A stretch of DNA of 64,000 bases, from assembly GCA_013265495.1 (NCBI GenBank), contig MU061579.1, positions 296,872 through 360,871 of the forward strand. Reading direction: 5' to 3'. The DNA is from Vicugna vicugna. Lineage: Eukaryota. The notes beneath the pieces were generated by a model, which saw only the letters and a program-made list of their open reading frames with translations, searched no databases and had not been told where the DNA came from. Below are positions 39,013-51,984 of the stretch, piece by piece; position 1 is the first letter of the stretch; every line of letters starts with the position of its first letter. Both the position numbers and the translations under genes were made by a program.

Positions 39013-40689
39013 CACATATTTTTTGTCTAATATTTCACTGGTTTCTACAATTAAAAAATGTTTTCACATAGGTAGAAGTCTCGCTTTTTATAGTAATTTA
39101 ATCTTCAGCAAAAATTTATGCAAATTTATGCATAAGGAAATTATCTCAGGAATACAATTTTGGCAGTTTGGAAGGGGCAGATGTTCTCTTTTTAGAATTT
39201 GGCTATTTAAATAGGAGAGATAATGGGGCAAAAAGATCTTCTATGTCTAACATGAAGATTTTGTAATTCTTTAGCTCATGGATCAGAAATATCTTCTATT
39301 TATATTTCACGTAACACTTTGTCTTCTTACAATGCTATCAAAATTTCCTTCAACAATTAAAATTGATCTATGTCCTTGCTCCTCCCTCTTGTTCTATTTT
39401 ATTGTACTAAAAAAAAAATAATATTCTGGCTGTACCATGACTCCATTGAAATATTCTTTATACTTGTTGGAGTCATCATTTTCTGACATGTAGCTACAGT
39501 GCCAATGATTTTAAATACATAAAACTGCTTCACATTTTTCTGCCCCAAATGATTTTTTATTCTTTCAAATTGTAGTTTATTTTTCTAAATAGGCAGAAGA
39601 GCAATACATGTTATATCCTGAGGTGGGAATGTGACCTAAAATGATCAAATTAGATGGAAGGAAAAGATTTAAATATTTGGAGAGTATTAAATCTCTGTTT
39701 TTTTCTTCTCTGTCTCTATAGCTCTCTGTCTCTTTCTCTCTTATTCTTTCCTAGTGAACAAGAGACTTTTTTTTTTTGTCTCATTTGGTTCTGAAAGCCT
39801 TCTTGTGATGACAAAAGACAAAGTTGACACAATAAAGGAAGGAACCTAGAAATCTGATGTGATGAACAATACCTGAACATGTGATATTCTGTATTCTTTG
39901 TTATGCAAAATTACAAAATTTCTGACTTTATACGTCAGTTACAGATAGATTTCTATAACTTATTCCCAATGGACTCTAATGATTAAGAATTCTTAAATAT
40001 CATTGAGGAAAAGATAAATATCTCCAATAGGAAAAAGGAGGACAAGGAAAATGAAGGTAATACGTATAGGGAGAAGCATAAATAACTAATAAAGAAAATG
40101 TTTAAACTTGTCTTAAATAAATTTAAAATTTGAAACATTACATTATTTTTATTTATCAATTTTAAATAAAAGCTTTTATCATTTAACATCTACAGAAATT
40201 TTCCAGAAAAAAATATTTTCCCCTACAGTACAAATGCTACATTTGCATAGTGCCATAACTTATTTATAAACTCTGTCTCTGTCTCTTTTTATATATTCCA
40301 CCTAAATCTATAGCTTTATTTAAAGCATCAGGTATGTACTTAAAACTATTGATGGTAAAGTAATTTGTTTGAAAATTTACCTTATCTAAGCATGTCATGA
40401 ATACTGTAAAAACCTCTGAATACAATACACTGCATAGAAACTTAGAAAAGTATATAACTTTGTATTCATATATGTAAATGCATCTACTAATACATCTTTC
40501 ACTTGTGTCAGATCAGTTTATAGAACCAGGCATATTATCATAATCTGATTTATATTTAATAAAGATTTGCTTTAATCTCTTTGTTTTGATTTGTTTGCTG
40601 TTTGTTATATGAACTCCATGAATAATCTCCTCAAACAATGAGGAAGGTTGGTTTATTTCTAGTACTTTCAAATCCTAAAACCTTTTTTT

Positions 40690-41060
40690 TTTAAGAGCAC
40701 CTGTAACTTTTCATTTTGATGTAATTTAAAATCTATACCAAAGATGCAAGGAATTCTTATATTCTCTACCCAGATTTAACCATTGTTCACATTTAGCGCA
40801 ATTTGCTGTACCATTCTCTCTCTGCGTGTATTTAAATTCAAATTTCTTCAACTGTCCCAATAATGTCCTTTATCCTGTTGTTTGTCATTGTTCAGTATCT
40901 AATCCAGGGTCTTCCAGTGCATTCAATTGTTATCTCTGTTTGGTCTCCAATAGAGTTCCTCAGCCTTTCCCTGGGAACTTTGACCTTGACATCTTGAAAA
41001 ATAATAGGCAGTTTTTTTGTAATATCTCTTATTTTGTTTCCTGTTGTTTCCTCATCCTAA
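40690..41060 (-). mobile_element. L1MC5-like 3' fragment
   Basis: acccagatttaaccattgttcacattt...ttcaaatttcttcaactgtcccaataatgtcctttat. Confidence 0.6.
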
Positions 41061-41149
41061 AACTGTTTTTAATTTACCCACAGGGGTAACATATTTGGTA
41101 AGAAGAGAATGTTGGATCAAGGTGCTATACTCTATTTTTTAAACACCTA

Positions 41150-43570
41150 AAATATAATGATAATTTATTAAAACCACAATTAAAGTAGATGAGTTTAATT
41201 AACCTACTTTAGGTTTAATGTTTCAAGAAAACTAAATATGTCTAAAGAAGTAAGTCCTTCTAATAATATGATCAAATAATCAACAGTCTTGGAAACTATT
41301 TAAGATTTTATAGACTGCATTACACAACTGCATACAAATATATGAAGGTAACACTTAAAAAGTTAACCTGGAGTTAAAAAAATAAATAAATGGAAACTAA
41401 AATCACATGCTATTTTGAATTTAACAAAGGATAGTATAATGCCAAAACTAAATTCTAAATTCATACTAAAACTTCTTTTGGAGGAAAATTAAAAGTCTGA
41501 AATAATTTTATTAAAAAATACAGATAAACTATTTTTTCAATTTAAAAAGCTATGAAATCAAAACTAATGAATGTAGCAGCATGCATCATGTATCCAAATG
41601 CTAAGGCAAAAAAGAAAATAATTTAAACGTACAATAAGAAAATAACACAAAAAGAATAAATAAAACCAAACTATTTCCTCGAAGAAGCAATTAAACAACA
41701 GGTTATCTTTTATGTAGGTGGCCCTTCTGAGATCATTCCTCACTAAAAAGGACCAGGTATTCTCAGAGAAATCCTAGTTATTCTTAGACTAAGAAAAGTA
41801 CTATGTAACATTGGGACATCTTACATCAGAAAGCAAGGAAGAACTCTAAAATTAACAATGAAGACGTGCCAAAAAGGAAAGCGGTCAAGCCCAAAGGGCC
41901 ACTTACGAGCTAAATCTGGCACATTTAAATAACATTAGTTATTTATTACTATCATTTCTCTAATTGATTGCAAACAATTAAATAAATAAAAATACGACTC
42001 CTTTGTGTGTGTGTATGTGTAAGAGAAAGAGAAAGAAAGACAGAAGTAAGTGGATGCTAAAATCAATGATTAAAGTGTTTCAGAAAACAAAAGTTTGAAC
42101 AGTGCCAAAGCTATACCATAGATTATCTGAGAATTGCAATGGGGAAAAATAAGTGAGCCTTTCCTTAAAGAGATCTGATTGCCATTTTCTTTAAAGAGTG
42201 ATCAAATTTAGCATCACTAATGTTGAATTCTAACTTAAGGGGAAAAAAATACGAATTTTGAGGATAAAAGGAAAAAATAGTGTAGATTGATATTAGGTAG
42301 TATTAGGGAAAAATTGTTGATGTTCTGTATGAAATGGAGTAGCTGAATGAACTACTAAATTTTTTTCTATTTTTTGGAGATGCATGTAAAGTATTTTGGG
42401 GTAAAATGTCAAGATTTCTGTAACTTACTTTTAAATGGTTCAGGAAATACAAGAGAGATGGATAGATGAATGTATAATAAAATATTAACAGTTGTGTAAT
42501 GTAGACCTTTTGTATAAGAGGGATCATTGTATTATTATTTTAAAATTTATAGTATACAATTTTTCTCATGTGTTGGAAAGTTAACATGTAAATAGAACAT
42601 TAAGAAAAATGGTATAATCTTGAGTTGTAAAAACTAAATATTAGGAGACATCAAGGTAAAATAGTCACATATAATTATATAAATTAAATTATTTGTATAC
42701 TAAATAAAGTGAAATGTAGACATAATAATCAAGGAGTGAAATTTACAATCATAAGGAAAATTTTTGAAAATTTATTGAAAATACAGATTCCAATAAAAAT
42801 ATAAAGGCAGTTTACAAATTGGTCGTTCACACACAAAAAAATTAAAAATAGTGAAAAAATTATATTAGAAAACATGTCAACACCACTGATATTTAGAAAA
42901 ATGAAACATAAAACAGTAAAAACTACCTCTTTTTTAACTTCTTATATTAACAACTGTTTTAAAGATTGATAGCATTTATTGCTTTCAGGTGCACGAGGGA
43001 AGAACACAATTATGCTTTGCTGGCAGCAGTATATATTGGAAAAAACTTTTGGGAAAAGAATATGTCAGTGTTCACCAGAAGTTAATTTTGCTACCAGACA
43101 AACAAAAACACTGCCAGGTTAGGTATTTATACAAGGGTATTTCTGAAGCACGCTATCTGACTGGAAATAAACTAAATGTCAAATTATATGGAATTGTTAA
43201 ATAAATTATGCTACACTTTTAGTTAGAAAGAAAATGAAGCAATTAAATAAATTAGTTTGTTATTTACACATTGACTTAGAAGTATGTCTATCACAGTATT
43301 CAGCAGTAGGATAATTCAGTTTTTGCAAAACTTAAAAATAAAAAACGGAAAATAAACCACATATGTTTATCTATATCTATGTCTATACAAGGTTAAAAAA
43401 AAAATAAGTTTGAAAGCAAAACCCAGACTGCCAACACTGCTTAGCATACCTCAAAGTAGAGCAAGATGAAAGGACGGGGGAGGTAATACTGGTGACACAA
43501 CTTATAAATATCTGTATTCCATGAATTGTTACAAATGTATTCTTCTAATTAAAAAATAACAATAACATTT
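41150..43570 (+). mobile_element. Cluster of degraded old L1 (L1MC4/5, L1ME) fragments
   Basis: A-rich ORF2-like stretches; ttggagatgcatgtaaagtattttggggtaaaatgtc...gtaacttacttttaaatggttcagg. Confidence 0.55.
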
Positions 43571-44329
43571 TTAAAAACCCTCAACAATAGCAACAAAAGA
43601 AATGACTATTGAATGAATTATATCTATGCAGGCACAATTATTTTCTAATGTGCAGAAGTTTGACTGCAGGCATACAGCAAAGAGAAAGGATTTATGAATC
43701 TTTTCATGTAAAATTAATGATGTAGTATAATGTGTGGTCTTTTTACTTTAAAAGAAGGTATCACAATGTGATACTTTATTACTCTGCCATTTTAATTGCT
43801 ACATCTCTGTGTGCTTCATTGTGAATAATTTTAGTTTTGAATTTTTGACCCTGGGCAATTTCATTATGAAGTAGGGTTCCCTTTTGTGGATTAGAAAATG
43901 TTACAAATCAAAAGGATAAATTATAAACACAATGAATTATAACTCAAACTCTTAAATTTTCTCACATTTTTCTCTTTATCCTGGTGGAACAAAGTGAACA
44001 TTCAGTAAGTTAGTGAAAAATGAATAACAGAAAGAACTGCATTTTTTTTTTTTTAGAAAGAAAGTTAGGAGAAAGAAGTTTGCCTCAATTAGTAAGTTAG
44101 AGAAATCAGGAAGCAAATGATCTCTGTTAGGCTAAAACATAAAATGTTACCCTGGGCCTGGAAAAACACTATGTTATAATATCTTTTAAAAAATAAATGT
44201 TAAGTACCATTTATAGGATTAGTAGTCCTCAGATACCACAATATAAAAATTAGAATGGCATTGTAAAGACAATAATGCAGAAATTTCCTACCCCAGACCT
44301 ACCTACCCCCTATTATTCTTGTCTTCCAA

Positions 44330-45040
44330 GACCCTGAAGGGATGTAAATCTGTTCTGTAAAGCTTCTCCTGTCCATGGGGTTAACAGATTATTCTTGGAT
44401 TTCCTTCTCCACGTGGGTGTAGTAGACACCAGATTCATATCTCCTTTTTGAAGTCACCATCTGGCTTCATATCTCACCCGTCAAACTGTGAAATCTTGAA
44501 GGCAGTAATCATATCATTAATCTTGGTAACTCCAAGATTAAGCAAAATAACCTGGCTCATATCAGGTGTTGGACAAATGTTAAATTCAGTGAATTGATAT
44601 ACATGACAGTGGACACCACAGATTCATTAAAAGCAGTTAGGAAATTAAATGGGATATCCTAAATTAAATGTGATTCATTTTTCCTTGGGAAAGACAAACC
44701 TGTATAGTTTAGTATATAGCACTGACCCTGGTATGCAACCTTTTCCATATTGTAAAAGGATTGTCTTATATCTATTCATCCTTCTTCAATTATCTCTTGA
44801 TATATTATCTCCTGTATTTATATTTCATGAGAAAGATAAATGCATTCCAACTGGAACTCTATCTTTACACCATCAAATCTATCTGCGTGTCAGTCTCTCT
44901 GCTTTCTCCTCTTTACATTGGATGAAATGTCTTCATTTCTGTCAAAGGCCATCTCTTTAACTTGCTTGTCTTCTCGAGGGTTTCATTAACATGGTTACCC
45001 TCTGTTACAAATTATCCATTTCTTCCCTCTCCTGGATGAT
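44330..45040 (+). mobile_element. L2 fragments (host of the nested LTR cluster; continues at 48340-48915)
   Basis: aactgtgaaatcttgaaggcagtaatcatatc; ctctctgctttctcctctttacattggatgaaatgtc...tgtcaaaggcca. Confidence 0.55.
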
Positions 45041-45308
45041 GCTTGTGTTAACTTCCTATTCCTGCTGTGAAATTTCTACAAATGTAGTGTCTTAAACAAC
45101 AGAAATTTATTATCTAACAATTCTGGAGATCAGAAGTCCAAAACCAATTTTAGTAGACTAAATTCAAATGAAACCAAAATAAAATCTGAGGACTTTAAGA
45201 AGAACATGTTTCTCCACCTTTTTGCTGCTTCTAGAGATGAGCCAGAGTCCTTGGCTGCATCACTCCAATCTCTGTTTCCATTGTCACATTTCCTTCTATG
45301 ACTCTGAC

Positions 45309-47608
45309 CGTCTTAGTCCATTCAGGCTGCTGTAACAAAACACAATAGCCTGGGTGGCTTATCAACAAGATAAATATATTTTTTATAATTTTCGAGTTGG
45401 GAAGTCCAAGATAACGTCACCATCTTCCTGGTTCATAGGTGTCTGTCTTCTCCCTTTGTTCTCACGTGCTGGAAAGGCTGAGGGAACTCTGGGGGCCTCT
45501 TTTATGAAGGCACTAACCCAATCATGAGGGCTCCACCCTTATGACCTAGTCACCTATCAAAGACCCTCCTTCCAAATAACATATATTAGGCATTAGGATT
45601 TAGCTTGTGAATACAGGGAGAGTATAAACACTCAGTCTACCCATGGCCTCCTTCTCTTCTGCAAAATGCATTCATTCCATCCCAGTAGCTTTAAAAATCT
45701 TAACGCTTTCTGGCATCAACTTTAATGTCTAAATGTAAAGTTGCATGTAAATTCCGTCTAAATCATATATGGTGAGATTTAAGGCAAGAGTCATCCAGAG
45801 GCAAATTCTTCTCTAGCTGTACATCTGTGAAACCAAACTGTTATGTGCTTCCAAACTACAATGGTGGGGCAGGCATATGATAGCCAGCTATTCCAAAAGG
45901 GAGAAATAGAAGAAAGGAGGGGCAGGTCCCAAGTAACAGAGCAAAGTTCATTAAACCTTAAGACTTGAGAGTAACTCTTCTAGCTTGGTACTTAGCCCTC
46001 CAGACCCACAGTGGCTGCAGTCCTGCCCCTGCAGCTCTCATGGTTGGGGGTTGCACACCTGTGGCTCTCCTAGGCAGCAGTTTTGCCTCCACTGCTCTCC
46101 CCATCTGGGGTCATGCAGATGACTCTGCCCCCATAGATCTGCTGGCATTGTCCCAAATGGGCTCTCCGTGGTGGCCCTACTCTTTAAAGTTAAGGTGAAG
46201 GCAGCCACACCCACCAGGCCCTTTCCCTCCATCAGAGAAGGTGCTGCAGGTGGCGCCAAAGTTCGCAGCCTGTGCCCTCTGGAGGGGCAGCCACTGTAGC
46301 CAGAGCTGCATAAGGGCCTGTGGGAGCCACACCCAGGGCCGCTGAGGAGTGCTGCCCCTCCGTGCAGAAGGAGGGGTCCCCCATGAGGTGGTGCCAGGCA
46401 GTGTGCTTTGGGTTTTCCAGGCTCTCGCGACCCCCTCCTTTGAAACCAATCTACCTGCAAGGTCCTTGCATTCTGGCCCTACGTGGAGAGGGACAGCTCT
46501 GATGATACTTGGTTGTCTCCAGGATCACTCTTCCATTGTCTTGGAGAATAGCTCCTAGATTCCTTTGAGAACACAGATCCATACTAACCTCCTTATCAAA
46601 TGGTAAGATTCTTGGCCACATCCTTAGTGTTCTTCCCCCAAAGCTTTTCTCAGGATTTACATTATGCAAAGGCTGAGAATATGCCAAATGTTTAAGTTTG
46701 GTTTCCTTTCTGATGAACAATTCTATCTTTAAGCCATTTCTCTCTTTTCCCATTTTAGTGTAAACAATCAAGAGGAGCCACCTGTGCCTTCAGCCTTTAC
46801 TTAGAAATATCTTCAGCTAAATATCCAATTCATTGCTTGCAAGGTCTACCTTCTGCAAAATGCCAGGACACAAACACAGTTCAGCCAAGTTTTTTTTGCC
46901 ACTTTGTAATAAAAATTGCCTTGTTCCCAATTTCCAATAACGTGTTCCTCATGTCAGTCTGAGACTTCATCAGAATTACCTTGATTGTTCACATTTCTAC
47001 CAACATTGTTTAGTACTACTTAGATATTCTCTAAGAAGACTGAGGCCTTTTTTATAGCTCCCTCTTTTATTTCTGAGCCTCCATCAAAATTGCCCTTAAT
47101 GGTCCATCGGCAATGCAGGCTTTTTCTAGTATGCACCTCAAAACTCTTCTAGCTTCTACCCATTACCCAGTTTCAAAACCACTTTCATACTTTAAGGTAT
47201 TTGTTACAGCAACACCCCACATCTCAGTACCAATTTCTGTCTTAGTCCATTCAGGCTGCCATACAAAAATATCAGAGACTGAATGGTGGCTTTTAAACAA
47301 CAGAAGTTTATTTCTCACAATTTTGGAGGCGAGGAAGTCCATGATAAAGTGCTGGGAGTTTTGGTGTCTGGTGAGAGCCCACTTCCTGGTTCACAGACAA
47401 CTGTCTTCTTGTTGTGTCTTCACATGGTGGAAAGGGTAAAGGAGCACTCTGGGACCTCCTTTATAAGGGCACTGATTCCATTCATGAGGGCCCCACCCTC
47501 ATGACCTAATCGCCTTTAAAGGCCCCACCTCCAAACACCATCACATTGGGGGTTAGGATTTAATATATGAAATCAAGGGCAGTGGGGACAAACATTCAGT
47601 CTATGGCA
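45309..47608 (-). mobile_element. Two-LTR MLT1A-type MaLR provirus (3' LTR about 45309-45637, internal to 47237, 5' LTR 47238-47608)
   Basis: Two homologous LTRs (tcttagtccattcaggctgc...atgagggcYccacccTYatgacct); internal start GAAATTGGTACTGAGATGTGGGGTGTTGCTGTAACAAATACC; purine-rich tract before the 3' LTR; near-TSD ctgac/ctcac. Confidence 0.92.
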
Positions 47609-47760
47609 CTCACTCTACTGCTTCTGTCTTATAAGGACCCTTGTGATTATATTGGGCCCACCAAGATGATCTAGATTAATCTCTCAAGATCCTTAATTTA
47701 GTCACATCTTCAAAGTCCTTCGTGTCATTTAGGTAACATAGCAACAGGGTCCTAGGGTGT

Positions 47761-48294
47761 TGTATTAGTCAGCATTCTCCAAGGAAACAGAACCAGTTAA
47801 GATGTGAGTGGTACGTGCTGTGTGTGTGTGTGTGTGTGCTTCGTGTGTATCTATCTATCTATCTATGTATATAAGGAACTGACTGTCGTAACTATGGAAA
47901 CTGAAAAGTCCCAAGATCTAGCAACCTGGATGCTGAGGAGAGTCAATGGTAGAGTGCCAGTCAGTGTCTGAAGGCCTGAGAACCAGGACAGCAGATGGTA
48001 TGAGCGCCTGTCTGAATCTGAGTCTAAAGGCAGGAGAAGACTCATGTTTCAGCTCAAAGACAGTCAGGCAGAGAGAATGAGCTCTCTTATTCAACCCTTT
48101 GTCCTCTTCTGGCTTTGGCGGATTGGATGACGCTCTCCCACACTGAGGAAGACAGACTGCTTTACTTGTATCTGCCTCTTCAAATGTTAATCTCACCCAG
48201 AGACCCCCTGACACACACACACCCAGAATAATGTTTAAACAGATATCTGGGTGGACCCTGCGGCCCAGTTAAGCACACATAAAATTAGCCGGCA
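47761..48294 (-). mobile_element. MLT2 (B/C-type) ERVL LTR with internal (TG)n/(TCTA)n
   Basis: tgtattagtcagcattctccaaggaaacagaacca...gtctgaaggcctgagaaccagg...ttcaaatgttaatctcacccag...cacataaaattagcc. Confidence 0.9.
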
Positions 48295-48339
48295 GAGATG
48301 TGGACATGGTTAGGGGACCAGTTTCAGCCTACCACAGTT

Positions 48340-48915
48340 CCTATAAGCACAAAAAATCCTCTAGCATAATTAGTTTATTGACGCCACATTCTCCTCCAGT
48401 TTACTCCCTGTTTCTCTACATCCATAACATGTAAACTTAAACAATTCTGTGTTTTCTCTCAAGCATTATAATTCATTCTCCACTAAACCCTCTTTAAGTA
48501 GAATTTGGGCCCCTCCATTCCACTTACTTATCTTTTTATCAGGGCAAAAATGACCTTCAAGTTGTCATGTATAATGACCACTTCTCTGTTCTCATCTTAC
48601 TAAAACTCACACACCACTGCCTCAGACTCTCCCTTCTTGATGTCTGCAAGGGGAACTTCTCATCATTCAGGTTTCAGTCTGAATGTAACATTAAAGAGAT
48701 GGCTTCTTAAATTAGACGCCCCTCAGACTTCAGGGTTTTTTTGACAATGCTCATACATCTGAAATAATCTTTTTTGTTCATTAGTTTACATAGTTATTAA
48801 CTTCTGCCTTCTCTCCTACTAGAACAGAAGATGGGAAAGAAAGGAGCTGTGTTTGTCTTCATAATGTTTTATTCCAAGTATCAAAAACGATGCCTGATAC
48901 ACATGAGTGAATGAC
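48340..48915 (+). mobile_element. L2 fragments including 3' end
   Basis: aatgaccttcaagttgtcatgtataatgaccacttctctgttctcatcttac; ends tgcctgatacacatgagtgaatga. Confidence 0.6.
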
Positions 48916-49137
48916 AGGCTTTTTTTGCAATTTGTAGGATATCACTATCAAATCTGTATCTAATAGGTATATTAAAATTAGACTTATAGTAGTCAAAGGA
49001 TACGAATCTAATTTAAGGTGATGTTGCATTTTATTATAACTAAAACTAATTTAAAAATTGGTTCCAAGAAAGAGTTTATGCTAAATTGAAAACAGACTCT
49101 AGTGATGGAATCAATAGGATAGCCAATGGAGAATGAT

Positions 49138-49260
49138 TATAGATAGATAGATAGACAGATAGACAGACAGACACATACACACACACATATATAGTTAGAC
49201 ACAATATACATATATATAGACATGTCTATATGTATACATATATAATACATATACATATAT
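49138..49260. repeat. (GATA)n(GACA)n(CA)n(TA)n compound microsatellite
   Basis: Seen directly. Confidence 0.85.
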
Positions 49261-49984
49261 TACTGTTGTGTATATTTATCTTGATATTTTAAAAATAAAA
49301 ATTTTTGTGAATACAATCTAAAATCATCATCTAAGAATAGTTTTCTAAGATTTCACTCAAATTTATTCAATTCTTGAAGAAAAATTTATTTTTTGTACAC
49401 CAACATTTGCTCCTGGAATAATATCCATTGTTAAGGGCTAAGGTTATAGCCACTTGAAATTTTAATAGAATTTAAATTTTTGGAAATAAGTCTTCTGGAA
49501 GTTCAGATTACAAAATGACCATACATTTTTTTTAATAGATGTTCAAGCTGTCAAGAAAAATTTGTGTTTGATTTTCCATGGGTTAAAGTCATAATGAGAA
49601 TTTCTACAGTTAACGAGGCCAACAGTAAAAAAAAAAATTGAAGTTTTAAATTGTTACCAGTACATAGTGATCATTATAATGGGCAAAGAAGAATATACAA
49701 AACCGAATTTTGTCAAGTAAAGACTTTCTGAGTGCTTTATACCATGGGATGTCTAGGGGAAAACATTAAAATTTAATTTGTGCCTTTTCTTATTATAATT
49801 TGGAAAATATTGAATGGAGAAAATAATTAAAGTTATTTGAAGCAGAAGAAATGTAAAATATTTCAACTTGAGATAAATTTTACAAATAATAATTTTGATT
49901 TAATATAAAGTATAGTTTAATGTTGCAAATGTGCAAATATGCAGGAGTTGTGGATTTTATTTGTGTCTTCTCTAAGGGCCTTTT

Positions 49985-50833
49985 CACAGTTCCACAGGTA
50001 AATCTCCCATGAGACTTGCCCCCCACCTCAGATGCCAATTGCAAGTGGTAGGTCTCCAGGTGAGCCACAACTTCTGTCTGATTTGGATACAAATCAGAGG
50101 TTCCCATGACCTCCTCTCCCTTGGATTTGATTATCTGCAAGGATAGTTCACAGAGCTCAGGGAAACACTTACGGCCAACAGTTTATTACATAATAAATGA
50201 TATAATAAAAAATACAGTTGGATAGCCAGATGATGAGATACAAAGGGCCGGTGCTGGCTCGGTCCTGAGCACTGGAGCTTCTGTCTTTGTGGAGGTAGAG
50301 GGCATCACCCGTGTGGTACCTGCATGTGTTTGCCAATCTGGAAACTCTCCAAAACCCACACTACTAAGAATTTTGTGAAGGCTTTATCATGTAGTCATGA
50401 TCAATCATTAATTCCATTTCCAGCCCCTCTCCTTTCTCTGGTGAATGGGGAATGGGTCTGACAGTTTCAAGTTTCTAACCTTGGTTTAGTCTTTCTGGAG
50501 CCTCTATCCAGGGAGCATCTAGGACACCAAAGCCTACTCAGAGTCACCTTGTTAAAACCAAAGGCTTCCCTATCACTGTGGAAATTTCAAGGGGTTTAAG
50601 AGTCCTGTGTCAGGAACCTGGGTCAAAGACTAAATATTAGAACAAAAGATGCTCCTAGTATTCTTATGATTTAGGAAATTACAAGGGTTTTAAGAGCTGT
50701 GTGCCTGGAACTAGGGTTAAAAATTAAATGTTAGAATGGAAGATTCTGCTAACACCCCTATTTACAAACATTCTAGGAACCCTGTGTCAGGAACCAGGAA
50801 TAGACTCACACACATATATATACGTATATAGAT
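49985..50833 (-). mobile_element. MER21B-like LTR with three internal tandem units
   Basis: cctcagatgccaattgcaagtggtagg...aaatcagaggttcccatgacc; repeated ggaaattNcaagggNtttaagag...caggaacc units at about 50580-50800. Confidence 0.85.
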
Positions 50834-50849
50834 ATGTATTTCTTAGTAT

Positions 50850-51702
50850 CTCATATTTACTATTGATAAAACTTCAAAATTTGAAGCAAGAATTATAATT
50901 TTGGAAAAGTTGTATTTGCCAGTCTGGACTTGACAACTTCCCAACACTTAAGAGACTTTTCTGGTGAGGTCAATGATAATTTGAATAATGTTTGCATTGT
51001 GTAACAAAATGTCTTCTATTTTAGAAAATCTATATGTCAGTGACAAATGAATGATGCTATAAATTCATGCATGAGTAAAATATCCATTTTAAGTTGAAGA
51101 TAAATCAATGGATTTTAATGTCACATTGTATGAAACTTTTTTTAATATGGTTTCAGATTCCACACTGCAAGTAACTTTAAGAAAATATTGTTGCATAGTT
51201 TTGGTGTAGTAGCCAAGAAGAACATCCACAGTTATTAAAAATTCAATTTAAATGTTCCTCTATCTTCAAAATATTTATGTACGTGAGTCTTCATTTTCTT
51301 TGTACACTCCAAGCCACTCCATTTCACTCCATATTAAATGCAGCTGCAGGTAAAAGAATTCAGTGTTTTTCTATTGAGCCAGAAATGAGGGAAATTTATA
51401 AAAATATAAAACAGTGCCAGTCTTCTCACTTTTTTTGCTTTATAAAATATAACTATATTTTATAAAAATATATATTATTTACATTAGCATCTAATAGATG
51501 TGTTAATATTTAGAAGTACTTGGTAAATATGTATGTTTAAATTTTAAATCACTTTAAAATTTAAATTTTTTAAATTATATTTTATTTCCAATCTGCTAAA
51601 TATCAGTTAAGTATAACACATATGAATAAAAGCTCTTTGGGATCCCCAATAATTTTAAAGAATATAAAAATTTCCTGAGAACAAAGTAGTCGAGAAACAT
51701 TT
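50850..51702 (+). mobile_element. Charlie1-like hAT transposon 3' part
   Basis: aatggattttaatg...atatggtttcagattccacactgcaagtaactttaagaaa...aataaaagctctttgggatccccaataattttaaag...gagaaac. Confidence 0.8.
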
Positions 51703-51766
51703 ATCTATAGCAGTAATTTTAACATTCTTTTGAAGTTCAGTGCTTCCCCCACAACACAACCTTTCT

Positions 51767-51984
51767 CTTTTTTTTTGCTTTTTTTTTAACACTTTTTATT
51801 GATTTATAATCATTTTATTTTACAATGTTGTGTCAAATTCCAGTGTTCAGCACAATTTTTCAGTCATTCATGGACATATACACACTCATTGTCACATTTT
51901 TTTCTCTGTGATTTATCATAACATTTTGTGTATATTTCCCTGTGCTATACAGTGTAATCTTGTTTATCTATTCTACAATTTTGA
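51767..51984 (-). mobile_element. Short camelid L1 3'-end insertion
   Basis: poly-T then ttttacaatgttgtgtcaaattccagtgttcagcacaatttttcagt...ttccctgtgctatacagtg; TSD aacctttct at 51758-51766 and 51985-51993. Confidence 0.9.

Larger units (their letters stand above)
45045..48336 (-). mobile_element. MLT1D-like LTR in three pieces (45045-45308, 47609-47760, 48295-48336)
   Basis: Collinear MLT1 motifs: cttaaacaacagaaatttatt...gcatcactccaatctctg | cttataaggacccttgtgattatattgggcccacc...aaagtcc | gatgtggacat...cagcctaccaca. Confidence 0.85.

Noticed and set aside
45965..46558. Overlapping GC-rich ORFs or CpG island
   Set aside because: Inside the MaLR internal region; GC richness explains the scarcity of stops
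50575..50800. Repeat-spacer-like array
   Set aside because: Internal tandem units typical of MER21-family LTRs
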